Of a stretch of DNA of 64,000 bases, positions 39,074 through 50,212 are shown piece after piece. Under the pieces are notes generated by a model, which was not told the origin of the DNA, made no database searches, and saw only the letters and a list, made by a program, of their open reading frames with translations. Position 1 is the stretch's first letter, and the number at the start of each line of letters is the position of its first letter. Origin of the DNA: Ignavibacteriota bacterium (GTDB lineage Bacteria > Bacteroidota > Ignavibacteria > UBA10030 > UBA6906); NCBI GenBank assembly GCA_963801355.1, contig CAWDEM010000004.1, positions 800,001-864,000 of the forward strand. The letters are read 5' to 3'. The translations under genes were made by a program, and so were the position numbers.

Positions 39074-41704
39074 ATGATCGGCCACACTGTCTCTCACTAC
39101 AGAATCCTCGAGAAGCTCGGCGAAGGGGGGATGGGGGTTGTCTACAAAGCCGAGGATCTGAAGCTCACCCGTACGGTTGCCCTGAAGTTTCTTCCCCATG
39201 GTCTCGGTACCGACGAGCCTGAACGGGCGCGTTTTCTGCAGGAAGCTCGCGCCGCCGCCGTCCTGAATCATCCTAACATCTGCACCATTCATGACATCCA
39301 GGAGTATGACGGAGAGCAGTTCATCGTAATGGAATACGTAGAGGGGAGGACTCTCCGCGAAATCGTTCCCGTGAAGAAGATGCAGGATGCGATCACGTAT
39401 GCCATCCAGATTGCCGAAGCCCTCCAGGAGGCGCACACACACGGAATAGTCCACCGCGACATCAAGGCGGAAAATATCATGGTCAACACGAAGAACCAGG
39501 TGAAGGTCATGGACTTCGGGTTGGCCAAGCTCAGGGGATCGCTTAAACTCACCAGAACTTCAAGCACCGTGGGAACACTGGCCTATATGGCACCTGAGCA
39601 GATCCAGGGAGGAGAGGTGGATGCACGGAACGACATCTTCTCATTCGGAGTACTACTGTACGAGATGCTCACCGGTCGCCTGCCGTTCCGGGGGGAGCAT
39701 GAAGCGGCAATGATGTATTCGATTGTGAACGAGGAGCCGGAGCCCCTGCAGCATTATCTCCCGGATGCGCCATCAGAATTGCTGCACATACTTGACCGGG
39801 CACTGGAAAAGGATCGGGAGGAGAGGTACCAGACGGTTCATGATATGCTGATAGACCTTCGCAGGGTGAAGAAGCAGACATCGCGAGTTTCTCGAGTTCC
39901 TGCGCAACCTCTCGCAGTGATCGAAAGGGGTGGAGCCCCCCCTGAAGAACAACAATCGCTGACACCGAGCAAAAGGAAGAAGTCCCCAAGAGCACTCATT
40001 TGGACAGCTTTGGTCGGCCTTCTTGTGCTTGTTGTAGCGATTATTCTCTTTGTCGCTTTGCCGTCCCGAGCACCACGGCTGAATCCCAATATGACCTTTC
40101 ACCCTCTAGAAATTCCCCACAACCAGATAAGCTACCCCAGTCTGTCACGCGACGGCAACTGGATCGCCTTTGGTGCCTGCGATGATGACAAGAGATGGTC
40201 GGTGTATTTCACAAATGCTACCAAAGGCACTCCTAAGAAACTTGTCACTGAACCCTATTACAAAATAGAATCGGTGGATATTTCTCCCGACGGCAGCGAA
40301 ATCCTCTATTGTTGTAGCCAAACGAATATGCCGGGAAGGATCCATGTGATTTCTTCATCAGGTGGACCAAGCAGGAAAATCGCTGAACCAGGGTCCGATG
40401 GTAGATGGCGACCGGACGGCACGAGGATTGGATATACATGCCTTGCGCATGTCACCCAATCCGGTAAACGTGAGTTCAGAACGGTGCGACCGGATGGAAG
40501 CGACGATCGTATCGAATTTGTTGACAGTCTACGATATGTGTGGGGATCGTACGGTTTTGATTGGTCTCCCAATGGGGAATCGGTTGCCTGGCTACGGTCG
40601 TTTGCGAACTCTGAAGAAATCATCATTCGCGATCTGGTATCAGGAGAAGAACGTCGACTGACTTCTTATCGGAAGCCCATTGATGATATTGCATGGTCAC
40701 CGAATGACCAGATTCTCTTTTCTTCAGGCAAAGGCGGCAACGTGAACATTTGGATGGTTGCCGCGAAGGGAGGAGAACCAGTGCAGATCACCAGGGGTAC
40801 AGGACCAGATGTAGGGATGAGGGTGTCGGGTGATGACCAGCGCCTGCTATATCTGGAAACACGATACAGTAGTAACATATGGAGTGCCGACGCAGATGGC
40901 AGGAACGCGCGACAGTTGACTTCTGATGAAAGATTAGCCACCATTCCGACATTTTCACCCGATGGAAAGCAGATTGCCTTCTCAATGAATACTGGGGATT
41001 TGAGGGATCCTGGCAAGAAAGTATTTATCATGCAGAGTGATGGATCGAACCGTATACAACTTCCAACCGGAGAAGGCAACTATGTCAATGCCAGGTGGTC
41101 TCCCGATGGGAGGTTCATTACCACTTCTTTGTGGGCGCCTTATGATTCTGGCCTGGTGTTTCTCATCGAATCACGCAACCCGAGTACACCTAAACTCATT
41201 GGCAAAGGCATCGGTACCTGGTGGATAGATTCACTGAAGTTTGTCACGATCGCTCCAGCGCCAAATGTCTTTACTTCTTTGTACTCCGTTGATAGACCAG
41301 AACCGATAAAGGTGAGTGAGAATTTCACTTGTGAGTTTCCTTTGCCGGACGCGAGACACATACTCGTGGCAAGCTCAAGGAAAGGACAGGAAGGGTGGTG
41401 GTTGAAGCGGTCGGATCGGGGGCAGGACACGGTTGCCACACTGCTATTAGGAAGAGAGTACTTTGGATCTGCCTGGCCAACGGTCAACCTCAGATATCTG
41501 TTGTATGTCAAGCCCAATGGGGAGGTGTGGCGCTTGTCGCTCCCTGACGGTCACCAGCAACGCCTGCCTGCAGTCTTCAATGGTCTGAACCCGTTCCGCA
41601 TGGATTTGCAGCTGAGTTGGAACGATAAACAGGTAGTCTTCAAAAAGGTGCGGGAGAAATCAAGACTGATACTTATCGAGAACCCATTCGATCGAAGGAA
41701 TTGA
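39074..41704 (+). CDS. Hanks-type Ser/Thr kinase with TM and TolB-like (PD40) beta-propeller
   Basis: LGEGGMGVVY, VALK, HRDIKAEN, DFG, YMAPE; one TM; WSPDG/FSPDG repeats. Confidence 0.95.
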   Translation: MIGHTVSHYRILEKLGEGGMGVVYKAEDLKLTRTVALKFLPHGLGTDEPERARFLQEARAAAVLNHPNICTIHDIQEYDGEQFIVMEYVEGRTLREIVPVKKMQDAITYAIQIAEALQEAHTHGIVHRDIKAENIMVNTKNQVKVMDFGLAKLRGSLKLTRTSSTVGTLAYMAPEQIQGGEVDARNDIFSFGVLLYEMLTGRLPFRGEHEAAMMYSIVNEEPEPLQHYLPDAPSELLHILDRALEKDREERYQTVHDMLIDLRRVKKQTSRVSRVPAQPLAVIERGGAPPEEQQSLTPSKRKKSPRALIWTALVGLLVLVVAIILFVALPSRAPRLNPNMTFHPLEIPHNQISYPSLSRDGNWIAFGACDDDKRWSVYFTNATKGTPKKLVTEPYYKIESVDISPDGSEILYCCSQTNMPGRIHVISSSGGPSRKIAEPGSDGRWRPDGTRIGYTCLAHVTQSGKREFRTVRPDGSDDRIEFVDSLRYVWGSYGFDWSPNGESVAWLRSFANSEEIIIRDLVSGEERRLTSYRKPIDDIAWSPNDQILFSSGKGGNVNIWMVAAKGGEPVQITRGTGPDVGMRVSGDDQRLLYLETRYSSNIWSADADGRNARQLTSDERLATIPTFSPDGKQIAFSMNTGDLRDPGKKVFIMQSDGSNRIQLPTGEGNYVNARWSPDGRFITTSLWAPYDSGLVFLIESRNPSTPKLIGKGIGTWWIDSLKFVTIAPAPNVFTSLYSVDRPEPIKVSENFTCEFPLPDARHILVASSRKGQEGWWLKRSDRGQDTVATLLLGREYFGSAWPTVNLRYLLYVKPNGEVWRLSLPDGHQQRLPAVFNGLNPFRMDLQLSWNDKQVVFKKVREKSRLILIENPFDRRN

Positions 41705-41722
41705 ACCAATGAACCTCCGTAC

Positions 41723-44647
41723 ATGATAGGCCAAACTGTTTCCCACTACAGGATCCTTGAGAAGCTCGGCGGTGGAGGAATGGGCGTAGTCTACAAAGCC
41801 CAGGACCTCAAGCTCGACCGCCCCGTCGCCCTGAAGTTCCTCCCTCCTGACCTTATCCGTGACCCAGAATCAAAGCAGCGGTTCGTGCACGAGGCGAAGG
41901 CGGCCTCTGCACTCGACCACCCGAACATCTGCAACGTGCACGATATCGGCGAGACAGATGATGGGCAGATCTTCATCGTCATGGCCTGCTATGAGGGAGA
42001 GACGCTGAAGAAGAAGATTGAACGCGGACCGTTGAACATTGAGGAGACTGTCGACATCGCCATTCAGGTCGCCCAGGGCCTCGCCAAGGCACACGAGCAC
42101 GGCATTGTTCATCGCGACATCAAGCCGGCCAACATCATGATCACTTCGGAAGGGGTGGCCAAGATTGTCGATTTCGGGCTGGCAAAGCTCGGCGGACGAT
42201 CGATGCTGACCAGGGCTGGCTCAACGCTCGGCACAACAGCCTATATGTCGCCTGAGCAGGCGAGGGGTGAGGAAGTTGATCGGCGCACGGACATCTGGTC
42301 GCTGGGAGTGATACTGTATGAAATGCTGTGCGGACAGCTTCCGTTCAGAAGCGAGCATGATGCTGCACTCATTTATTCCATACTCAATGAAGATCCGAAA
42401 CCGATTGCACAGATCCTACCAGACGTACCGCAGCAGCTGTCAAAGATTGTCCGGAAAGCACTCCAGAAGAACCCCTTGGAACGGTACACGCATGCCGCAG
42501 ACTTTCTTGCCGATCTTGCCGGATTCAAGAGCACCCTCCTCCAACCTGCGACAGCCCAGGAGAACCTTGTGGGTCTTGCACGGAGGTTCATGCATCCGAA
42601 GATACTCGTACCGCTGATTGGAGCAGTGATTGTGATTGCCGGTGCACTTGCCTGGTACGCAGACAGAGCCGGGAAGATCCAATGGGCAAAAAGCGAAGCG
42701 ATCCCCGAAATCAAACGGCTGACAGAAGAAGCGCGTATGACTGGAACGTGGGCCAGATATCAAGATGCATTCAAGATTGCCAGCAAGGCGGAGAGGTACC
42801 TCCCCGACGACTCCGCACTGGCAAAGCTCTGGCCGGAGTTTTCAATTCGAATGAAGGTCTCCACAGATCCCCCGGGTGCCAAAGCTTACTACAAAGAGTA
42901 TTCGTCTCTGGGAGGTGAATGGGAATATGCTGGAGTGACCCCATTAGACAGCATAAGGGTACCCACAGGCTTCTTCCGTTGGAAATTCGAGAAAGCAGCC
43001 TTTGACACCGTGATGGCAGTGTCCCTCCGGGAAGACTCGCTCTACAGGAAATTGGACACACTGGGAAAGACACCACGGGGAATGGTAAGGGTGTCCGGGG
43101 GGAAGTCGAGCGAGATAGAAGACACCGTGGTGACTTTTGGCGAGTTCTTCATTGACAAATATGAGGTCACGAACGCTCAGTTCATGGAGTTCATCGAGGC
43201 AGGAGGGTACAAGAACCCTCAGTATTGGAAGTATGAGTTCACCGGGGACGGGAAGAAGCTCTCTTGGCAAGAAGCGATGGAGCAATTCGTTGACGCGACC
43301 GGGAGGCCGGGCCCCTCGACATGGCAAGCGGGAGACTATCCGGATGCACAGGGAGATTATCCGGTGTCCGGGGTGAGCTGGTATGAAGCCGCAGCCTACG
43401 CAGAATTCTCGGGGAAGGATCTCCCGACCGCATACCATTGGTACCGTGCTGCAGGCTTAGTGATGATCTTTCAGGGCATTGCGACCAAGATTGGAAACCT
43501 CAGCAACTTCGGTGGCTCTGGCCCTTCTCGCGTCGGGACCCACGAGGGGATGAGTTCATTCGGGGCGTATGATATGGCGGGGAATGTACGGGAGTGGTGC
43601 CTTAACGAAACGAAAGGGGGTCGATGCGTGCGGGGAGGCGCATGGAATGATGCCTCCTATATGTATGGCCACTTGAGTCAGGCTCCGGCGTTTGATCGCT
43701 CTGCAAAGAACGGGTTCCGATGCGTTCGATATGTGGAAAAAGCGAAGATCCCTCATCGAGCATTTGGTCTGGTGGACTGGCCGACAAGAGACTACAAGCA
43801 TGAACAGCCAGTATCAGATGCGATCTTCCATGTGTATGCGGATCAATTTGCCTATGACAAGACTGACCTCAACCCTGCCGTCGAGAGCAGGGACGAGGTT
43901 TCACCGGACTGGGTCCGAGAGAAGATCACATTCGATGCGGCCTATGCGAGCGAACGAGTTGTTGCCCTCCTGTTCTTGCCCAAGAAATCTGTAGGGCCTT
44001 TTCAGACGGTCATCGTGTTCCCCGGCATTTACGCTTTCTGGGAGCCGACGAGCGACGAAATCGATGCTGAGTCCGAATTCGATTACATATTGAAGAGCGG
44101 ACGCGCTGTGGTCTACCCCATCTACTATGGAACATACGAACGGAACAAGATAGACTTGAATTTTTTTAAGGCCTGGCCAAAAAAGAAATATCAGAATGCG
44201 TACACTGAGCTCCTGATCAATTGGGTCAAGGATTTCGGCAGGACAATCGACTATCTCGCGACGAGGAAGGACATAGACACTTCAAAGCTTGCGTATTTGG
44301 GTATCAGTTGGGGTGGGCGATTGGGAACAATCTTCACGGCAGTTGAAGGGCGCTTGAAAGCAAGCGTTCTCATCCTGGGCGGATTTGCCGCTGACGCTTC
44401 TCCCCGGCCGGAAGCGGACGAATTTAACTATGCTCCCCGTGTGCACATCCCGACGCTAATGCTCAATGGGAAGTACGACATGTTTTTCCCCTGTGACATT
44501 GCAATTCAGCCGATGTACGAACGCCTAGGCACTCCGCGAGCACAGAAGCGCCTTCTGCTGTACGATTCTGATCACTATGCACCCGCCAAGGACGTAATCA
44601 AAGAGACACTTGGCTGGTTCGACCGGTATCTCGGGCCGGTGAAGTGA
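41723..44647 (+). CDS. Ser/Thr kinase fused to FGE-sulfatase (SUMF1-like) and alpha/beta-hydrolase domains
   Basis: [11 protein letters not shown]; TM; [24 protein letters not shown]; GISWGG, GKYD, SDH. Confidence 0.92.
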   Translation: MIGQTVSHYRILEKLGGGGMGVVYKAQDLKLDRPVALKFLPPDLIRDPESKQRFVHEAKAASALDHPNICNVHDIGETDDGQIFIVMACYEGETLKKKIERGPLNIEETVDIAIQVAQGLAKAHEHGIVHRDIKPANIMITSEGVAKIVDFGLAKLGGRSMLTRAGSTLGTTAYMSPEQARGEEVDRRTDIWSLGVILYEMLCGQLPFRSEHDAALIYSILNEDPKPIAQILPDVPQQLSKIVRKALQKNPLERYTHAADFLADLAGFKSTLLQPATAQENLVGLARRFMHPKILVPLIGAVIVIAGALAWYADRAGKIQWAKSEAIPEIKRLTEEARMTGTWARYQDAFKIASKAERYLPDDSALAKLWPEFSIRMKVSTDPPGAKAYYKEYSSLGGEWEYAGVTPLDSIRVPTGFFRWKFEKAAFDTVMAVSLREDSLYRKLDTLGKTPRGMVRVSGGKSSEIEDTVVTFGEFFIDKYEVTNAQFMEFIEAGGYKNPQYWKYEFTGDGKKLSWQEAMEQFVDATGRPGPSTWQAGDYPDAQGDYPVSGVSWYEAAAYAEFSGKDLPTAYHWYRAAGLVMIFQGIATKIGNLSNFGGSGPSRVGTHEGMSSFGAYDMAGNVREWCLNETKGGRCVRGGAWNDASYMYGHLSQAPAFDRSAKNGFRCVRYVEKAKIPHRAFGLVDWPTRDYKHEQPVSDAIFHVYADQFAYDKTDLNPAVESRDEVSPDWVREKITFDAAYASERVVALLFLPKKSVGPFQTVIVFPGIYAFWEPTSDEIDAESEFDYILKSGRAVVYPIYYGTYERNKIDLNFFKAWPKKKYQNAYTELLINWVKDFGRTIDYLATRKDIDTSKLAYLGISWGGRLGTIFTAVEGRLKASVLILGGFAADASPRPEADEFNYAPRVHIPTLMLNGKYDMFFPCDIAIQPMYERLGTPRAQKRLLLYDSDHYAPAKDVIKETLGWFDRYLGPVK

Positions 44648-44657
44648 AGGCCCGGCG

Positions 44658-44684
44658 ATGATCGGCACAGCGGTGTCGGACTAA
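44658..44684 (+). pseudogene. 27-nt stub of a third kinase gene start (MIGTAVSD*)
   Basis: atgatcggcacagcggtgtcggactaa resembles the [18 protein letters not shown] starts of the two upstream kinases; begins 11 nt after the 44647 stop. Confidence 0.5.
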
Positions 44685-44721
44685 TCTGCTGTTTGGAACC
44701 ACACTCACGAAGGAGGTTGTC

Positions 44722-45252
44722 ATGCAAAAGTCGAATTTCATTGTCTATGTCGTTATTGGTCTTGCACTCTTGTTCTCATCATGTCAGCGCAAGGTTGATA
44801 TCGACAAGGAAAAGGAAGCGATCAGAGCAGTCATTGAAGCTGAGAAAAAAGGGTTCTTCGACAAGAGTCTGGAACAGATGGCTGCCACCTGGGTGCAGAA
44901 ACCTTCATCGGTGAAGATGTATATGTCGCAAGAAGGAGAGATGGACCTGTTTGGCTGGGTGAGCATCAATGAACGGAGCAAGCAAGAGATAGCGAGAATT
45001 GACTCAGAATATGAGAACGTTCATCTTGAATTCTCCGACTTCCAATTCAATATTTATGAGACAAATGCCTGGGTAATCTTCAAGGCGAAGTGGGATTTGA
45101 CCTACAAGGGTGAGTCGACTCTATGGGAGCAGACCAGAATTATGGCATTCGAGAAGGTCGATCGGGAATGGAAAATCACACTGATGGCGATATACGCCGT
45201 TCCCACTGCAAAAGAGGCAGCACAGTACACGACAGAAAAGGGCTCGAAGTAA
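44722..45252 (+). CDS. NTF2/SnoaL-like lipoprotein
   Basis: Lipobox FSSC; DIDKEKEAIRAVI; EKVDREWKI; SD GGAGG. Confidence 0.75.
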   Translation: MQKSNFIVYVVIGLALLFSSCQRKVDIDKEKEAIRAVIEAEKKGFFDKSLEQMAATWVQKPSSVKMYMSQEGEMDLFGWVSINERSKQEIARIDSEYENVHLEFSDFQFNIYETNAWVIFKAKWDLTYKGESTLWEQTRIMAFEKVDREWKITLMAIYAVPTAKEAAQYTTEKGSK

Positions 45253-45378
45253 TCTGTTGCAGCGCAGGATTTACCCCGATGGTACTCTGGAAGCATCCTC
45301 GACGAGCCTTTCCGATCCCGATTCTTCCCTGAGGATCTCCATATGATCGGGGCGACCATAACAATACCGGAGGTCACT

Positions 45379-45864
45379 ATGTTTATCGGACGGGTTTCCA
45401 CGCTCTTATCATGCGTGTGCCTTGTTCTCATCGGATGCACCCACAGACCGCCGGTTGACATTCGTGCTGAAGCTGATGCAATACGCAGTATCGATGCTCA
45501 GTGGACTGCTGCATTCAAGGCGAGGGATATCGACAACTTGGTCTCTCTCTATGCGTCGGATGCTGTGGCGATAGCTCCAGATGCCAAAATGCGGGTTGGC
45601 CACCAAGCCATTCGAGAATCACTGCAATCTTGGCTTGCCGACACTGTTGAATCTGAAACCTCCTCCGGCACAATAGACGCCGTCGAGGTGGCGGCTTCCG
45701 GCGACCTTGCATACGCCCGCGGCTCTGGTCGCTTCAGCCAAAACACGCCAAAGGGGCTTGTAGATTGCTCGGAAGAATGGGTTACTGTCTACAGAAAGAT
45801 GGATGGAAACTGGAAGATTATTGTAGATATCATCACCAACGACAAGCCGGTAAAGGGTGGTTGA
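45379..45864 (+). CDS. DUF4440 / NTF2-like lipoprotein
   Basis: Lipobox LIGC; LVSLYASDA, SGDLAY, YRKMDGNWKIIVD; ATG 45379 after GGAGGT. Confidence 0.82.
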   Translation: MFIGRVSTLLSCVCLVLIGCTHRPPVDIRAEADAIRSIDAQWTAAFKARDIDNLVSLYASDAVAIAPDAKMRVGHQAIRESLQSWLADTVESETSSGTIDAVEVAASGDLAYARGSGRFSQNTPKGLVDCSEEWVTVYRKMDGNWKIIVDIITNDKPVKGG

Positions 45865-45894
45865 AACAGGGTGGTTGAAACCTCTTCCACCAGG

Positions 45895-45933
45895 TTGACA
45901 TTCCTTTTTGTTGATGCTATATTCATCAGCATC
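45895..45933 (+). promoter_or_regulatory. Sigma70 promoter of RND operon with overlapping inverted repeat
   Basis: TTGACA(45895)-17 bp-TATATT(45918) with extended -10 TG; GATGCT-N9-AGCATC overlaps the -10. Confidence 0.65.
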
Positions 45934-45959
45934 TATTCTCCCCGGATCCTCTCCCCCAC

Positions 45960-47036
45960 ATGCCTCGAGTTCGATCGATGAAAAAGCCTATGACAAAGCT
46001 GACGATGATTGCCGGCACACTTGCCCTCATTATCATTGCCGGGATCGCAGGTTGCCGGAAAAACGGAGAACAGACTCAAAGTGCCATAGCCACCGAGGTG
46101 CCGGTCTCTGTGACAGTGGTCAAGAAACAGAAGCTCGTAAGCAGTCTCTCCCTTGTCGGTACCGTCAATGCGCGCATGGATGTCGACGTCGTTTCGGAAA
46201 CACAGGGTGCGGTGACCGCTGTTCGTATGAAGGTCGGTTCGCACGTCGCTCCGGGAACCGTCATTGCGGAGGTCGACGACCAGATTCCGCGTTCCACAAA
46301 GGCCGCTGCGGAGATCAACTACCAGAAAGCGCGACGCGACTACCAACGGGCCGAGGAGCTCTACCAGGAAAATTCGATTTCCGTTTCGCAGCTTGACGCA
46401 TCACGCCTTGCCATGAAGGCGGCGGAAAACCAGCTTGACATCGCCCGCCGGCAGCTGGAGAACACGCTGCTGAAGAGTCGGATTGCCGGCACGTTGAACA
46501 GCCGCTTCGTCGACGTTGGCACGATGGTGCAGCCGGGAATGGTGGTGGCGAATATTGTCGATATCAGCTCGCTCAAGGTGCGCGTCAATGTACCGGAGCG
46601 CGAGGCGTTTCAGCTCAAGCCCGGGGACCGGGTGGAGATCGGCACGGACGTGTATCCGGGCGTGACGTTCAGCGGCAAGATTGACAACATTGCTGCGAAA
46701 GCAGACGAAGCGCACACCTATCCTGTAGAGATCGTCGTACCGAATAGCACCAAAAACCCGCTCAAGGCAGGCATGTTCGCAAAGCTGCTGTTCAAGTCCA
46801 TTGCGCCGACGGACGCCCTGGTCATCCCGCGTATCGCATTGATCGGGAGCGTCAAAGATGCACGGGTGTTCCTCATCCGCGGGCAACAGGCACACCTCGC
46901 AGCATTCGTCGTCGGCCAACAGGCTGAAGGGCAGTATGAGGTGGCCTCGGGCATTGCTGAAGGCGACACCGTCGTGATCAGCGGCCAGAATAACCTCGTG
47001 GACGGGGCGCGTGTGCAGATAGTCTCGAAGCAGTAG
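45960..47036 (+). CDS. RND efflux periplasmic adaptor (membrane fusion protein)
   Basis: N-terminal anchor/lipobox IAGC, helical hairpin, LKAGMFAK, VVISGQNNLVDG; start may be a later ATG. Confidence 0.93.
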   Translation: MPRVRSMKKPMTKLTMIAGTLALIIIAGIAGCRKNGEQTQSAIATEVPVSVTVVKKQKLVSSLSLVGTVNARMDVDVVSETQGAVTAVRMKVGSHVAPGTVIAEVDDQIPRSTKAAAEINYQKARRDYQRAEELYQENSISVSQLDASRLAMKAAENQLDIARRQLENTLLKSRIAGTLNSRFVDVGTMVQPGMVVANIVDISSLKVRVNVPEREAFQLKPGDRVEIGTDVYPGVTFSGKIDNIAAKADEAHTYPVEIVVPNSTKNPLKAGMFAKLLFKSIAPTDALVIPRIALIGSVKDARVFLIRGQQAHLAAFVVGQQAEGQYEVASGIAEGDTVVISGQNNLVDGARVQIVSKQ

Positions 47037-47062
47037 CGCCCACACCTGGAGGCGAAACCGTT

Positions 47063-50000
47063 ATGACCATTACTGAACTTTCGATCAAGCGCCCTACGCT
47101 GATCATCGTCGTGTTCCTCGCCCTCGGATTACTGGGTGTGTTCGGGTATTTCCAGCTGCGGTATGAGCTGCTCCCCAAAGTGGCTCCTCCGTGGATCGTC
47201 ATCTCTACCGTCTATCCCGGGGCGTCGCCGTCCGAAGTGGAAAACAGCGTCACGAAGGAAATCGAAGAAGGCGTCGCCTCCGTGGAGAAGCTGTCGAACA
47301 TCTACGGCAATTCGTACGAAGGGCTTTCGGTTATCAGCCTCGAGTATAAATACTCTGCCGATGTGGACCAGGCGATGCAAGAAGTGCAGCAGAAGGTCAA
47401 CGGGCTGCTGATGAAGCTCCCCAGGGACATCCGGACGCCGGTGATACAGAAATTCTCCTTTGACGAGGTGCCGGTGTTAAAAATGGGCGTCTCCGGTGAC
47501 CTTCCGTCCCGTGACTTCACGCAGTTCCTGAAAGACGAGATTGAACCATCGTTTGGAAAAATCGATGGCGTGGGGAAGATTGATCTCGTCGGTGGCGATA
47601 CTCGTGAGATCAGAATCAATCTGGATCTGCAGAAAATCCGGGCGTACGGATTGTCCATCGCGGGGATCACCCAGATCGTCCGCGCGTCGAACCTGGATTT
47701 TCCCACCGGAGCCGTCAAAGGGCAGGAGACACAATCCATCGTCCGCATCTCGGGGAAATTCGTATCGATTGAGGATATGAGGAATCTGGTCGTCTCGCGT
47801 TCGAAGGGAGGCGGCGAAGTACGTCTTGGCGACGTCGCAGAAATCGAAGACGGCCGTCAGGACCCGACCACGATCTCGCGCTTGAACGGCCGAAACTGCG
47901 TCGGCATCAACGTCCTCAAGCAAACTGACGCGAATGCCGTGGAAGTCTGCAGAAAGGTGAAGGAATCGATCGCCGGGCTGGAACGCGCGCACCGCGATAT
48001 CAACCTCACATTCGAAATCGTGGCGGATGCGTCGTTGTTTACGATCGAAGCCGCAGATGCCGTAAAGGTGGATTTGCTGATGGCGATCGTCCTGGTTGCC
48101 GCGGTGATGTTTCTGTTTCTGCACAGCGTCCGCAATTCCATCATCGTCCTCATCGCCATCCCTGCTTCGCTCGTGGCGTCCGCGCTTGCGATGTGGGCCC
48201 TGGACTATTCACTCAACCTGATGACCCTCCTGGCGCTGTCTCTGGTGATCGGCATCCTCGTCGACGACTCCATCGTCGTGCTGGAGAATATCCATCACCA
48301 CCTCGAGCTGAAGGAGCATCCCTGGGAGGCAGCGCTCAAGGGAAGGAACGAAATCGGGTTTGCTGCGCTCTCGATCACGCTGGTCGATGTGGTGGTGTTC
48401 GTCCCCCTGACGCTGATCGTCGGGCTCGTGGGGGATATCATGCGGGAATTCGCGGTTGTCGTTGTCGTGTCGACGCTGATGAGTCTGTTTGTCTCTTTCA
48501 CGTTGACCCCGATGCTGGCGTCGCGGTTCGCGAGACTCCAGGAACTCTCTCGCCGTTCGCTCGGAGGCTGGGTCGCCGGAACCTTTGAAAAGGGGTTCCA
48601 GCGCTTGGTCGAACGGTATCTCGTCCTTCTCAGAAACAGTCTGAACAACCGCTGGAAATACTTTGCCGCGGCGGTCCTGTTGTTTGTTGCCGCGCTGGCA
48701 CTGCCGGCGGTCGGACTTGTGGGATCCGAGTTTATCAAGGCGTCTGACCGCGGGGAGTTCATTGTGAATCTGGAGGTACCCCCCGGATCCACGCTCGAAC
48801 ACACGAGCAGGATCGCTCAGCAGATTGAGCGGATGATAGGGGAGATGCCTGAAACACGAAAGATTATGTCGAACGTGGGACTGGGGACAGCCAACACGAT
48901 GGCAAGCAATGTGGCATCGATCTATGTTGCTCTTACGGATCGGGACAGGCGCAAGCGGTCGACCGATGATGTGTCCAACGACATCAAGAACAGGTCAAAG
49001 GAGATCCCCGGAGTAAAGGTGTACATTGACCAGATCGCCATCACCGGCGAGGCTGCTGGAATCGGCGTCACCGTGATGGTCCGCGGGAGTAACCCCGATT
49101 CTCTGCTCGCGATGACCAACCTGGTCGCAGCCGCAATGCGGAAGACTCCAACCGTTACAGATGTGAAGTTTTCGTATGAGCAGAGCAATCCGGAAACTCG
49201 CGTGGATGTGGACCGGCAACGAATGGCGACGTTCGGACTGACAGTGTATGACGTAGGAACAACCCTCCGCGTCGCGCTGACCGGCGATGATGAGTCGAAG
49301 CTCCGGGAAGGGCAAAAGGAGTACCCGATCAGAGTTATCCTTGACAAGTTCGACAGGTCGAACCCGGACGACGTTGCCCGTCTTTCATTCCTCACACCCA
49401 TGGGCCGGCAGGTGGAACTCCGGCAGTTTGCCGACATTGTGGCAGCGTCGGGTCCCACCAAGCTCGAGAGGTACAACCGGTCTTCTTCTATCACGATCAC
49501 GGGCTACGTTGACAACACCATGCCCTTGGGGAATGTGACGGCGGAGTTTCAGAAACAACTTGGTTCGGCGCACGTCGAGGGAACGCTCGTGGAGTTCATC
49601 GGCGACGAGAAGAACCGCAGCGACAGTTTTGGTCAGATGGGGCTTGCCCTGTTCGCAAGCATTCTCTTTGTCTATCTGATTATGGTCGCCCTCTATGATT
49701 CGTTCGTCTATCCGCTGGTGGTGCTGTTCTCCATTCCCCTCGCGTTGATCGGGGCCATGATTACGCTGGCGCTGACGGGAAACGCTTTGAGCATCTTTTC
49801 CATGCTGGGTATTATCATGATGGTGGGCCTGGTCGCCAAGAACGCTATTCTGCTTGTGGACCGTGCCAACGAGAACAAGGAACGCGGACTCTCGACGCGG
49901 GATGCGTTGATTGAGGCGGGCCAGATGAGAATCCGCCCGATTTTCATGACAACACTTTCGATGGTCTTTGGCATGTTGCCGATTGCGCTGGCAAAGGGAG

Positions 50001-50212
50001 CCGGCGCGGAGTGGAAGAACGGTCTTGCCTGGGCTCTCATCGGCGGGCTCACGAGTTCCATGTTTCTCACGCTGGTAATTGTTCCCATCGTGTATACCTG
50101 GATCGACCGCTGGAGAGTACTCGTCCCGGCATTCTTCCAGGGGCCGTTCGCCATGCTCCGGCTCCGTCGGATGAGAGCGCGCAGGCGGGAATCAAAGGAG
50201 GCCACGATATGA
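47063..50212 (+). CDS. RND efflux permease (AcrB/HAE1 family)
   Basis: 1049 aa; YPGASPSEVE, GILVDDSIVVLENI, KNAILLVD, RIRPIFMT. Confidence 0.96.
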   Translation: MTITELSIKRPTLIIVVFLALGLLGVFGYFQLRYELLPKVAPPWIVISTVYPGASPSEVENSVTKEIEEGVASVEKLSNIYGNSYEGLSVISLEYKYSADVDQAMQEVQQKVNGLLMKLPRDIRTPVIQKFSFDEVPVLKMGVSGDLPSRDFTQFLKDEIEPSFGKIDGVGKIDLVGGDTREIRINLDLQKIRAYGLSIAGITQIVRASNLDFPTGAVKGQETQSIVRISGKFVSIEDMRNLVVSRSKGGGEVRLGDVAEIEDGRQDPTTISRLNGRNCVGINVLKQTDANAVEVCRKVKESIAGLERAHRDINLTFEIVADASLFTIEAADAVKVDLLMAIVLVAAVMFLFLHSVRNSIIVLIAIPASLVASALAMWALDYSLNLMTLLALSLVIGILVDDSIVVLENIHHHLELKEHPWEAALKGRNEIGFAALSITLVDVVVFVPLTLIVGLVGDIMREFAVVVVVSTLMSLFVSFTLTPMLASRFARLQELSRRSLGGWVAGTFEKGFQRLVERYLVLLRNSLNNRWKYFAAAVLLFVAALALPAVGLVGSEFIKASDRGEFIVNLEVPPGSTLEHTSRIAQQIERMIGEMPETRKIMSNVGLGTANTMASNVASIYVALTDRDRRKRSTDDVSNDIKNRSKEIPGVKVYIDQIAITGEAAGIGVTVMVRGSNPDSLLAMTNLVAAAMRKTPTVTDVKFSYEQSNPETRVDVDRQRMATFGLTVYDVGTTLRVALTGDDESKLREGQKEYPIRVILDKFDRSNPDDVARLSFLTPMGRQVELRQFADIVAASGPTKLERYNRSSSITITGYVDNTMPLGNVTAEFQKQLGSAHVEGTLVEFIGDEKNRSDSFGQMGLALFASILFVYLIMVALYDSFVYPLVVLFSIPLALIGAMITLALTGNALSIFSMLGIIMMVGLVAKNAILLVDRANENKERGLSTRDALIEAGQMRIRPIFMTTLSMVFGMLPIALAKGAGAEWKNGLAWALIGGLTSSMFLTLVIVPIVYTWIDRWRVLVPAFFQGPFAMLRLRRMRARRRESKEATI

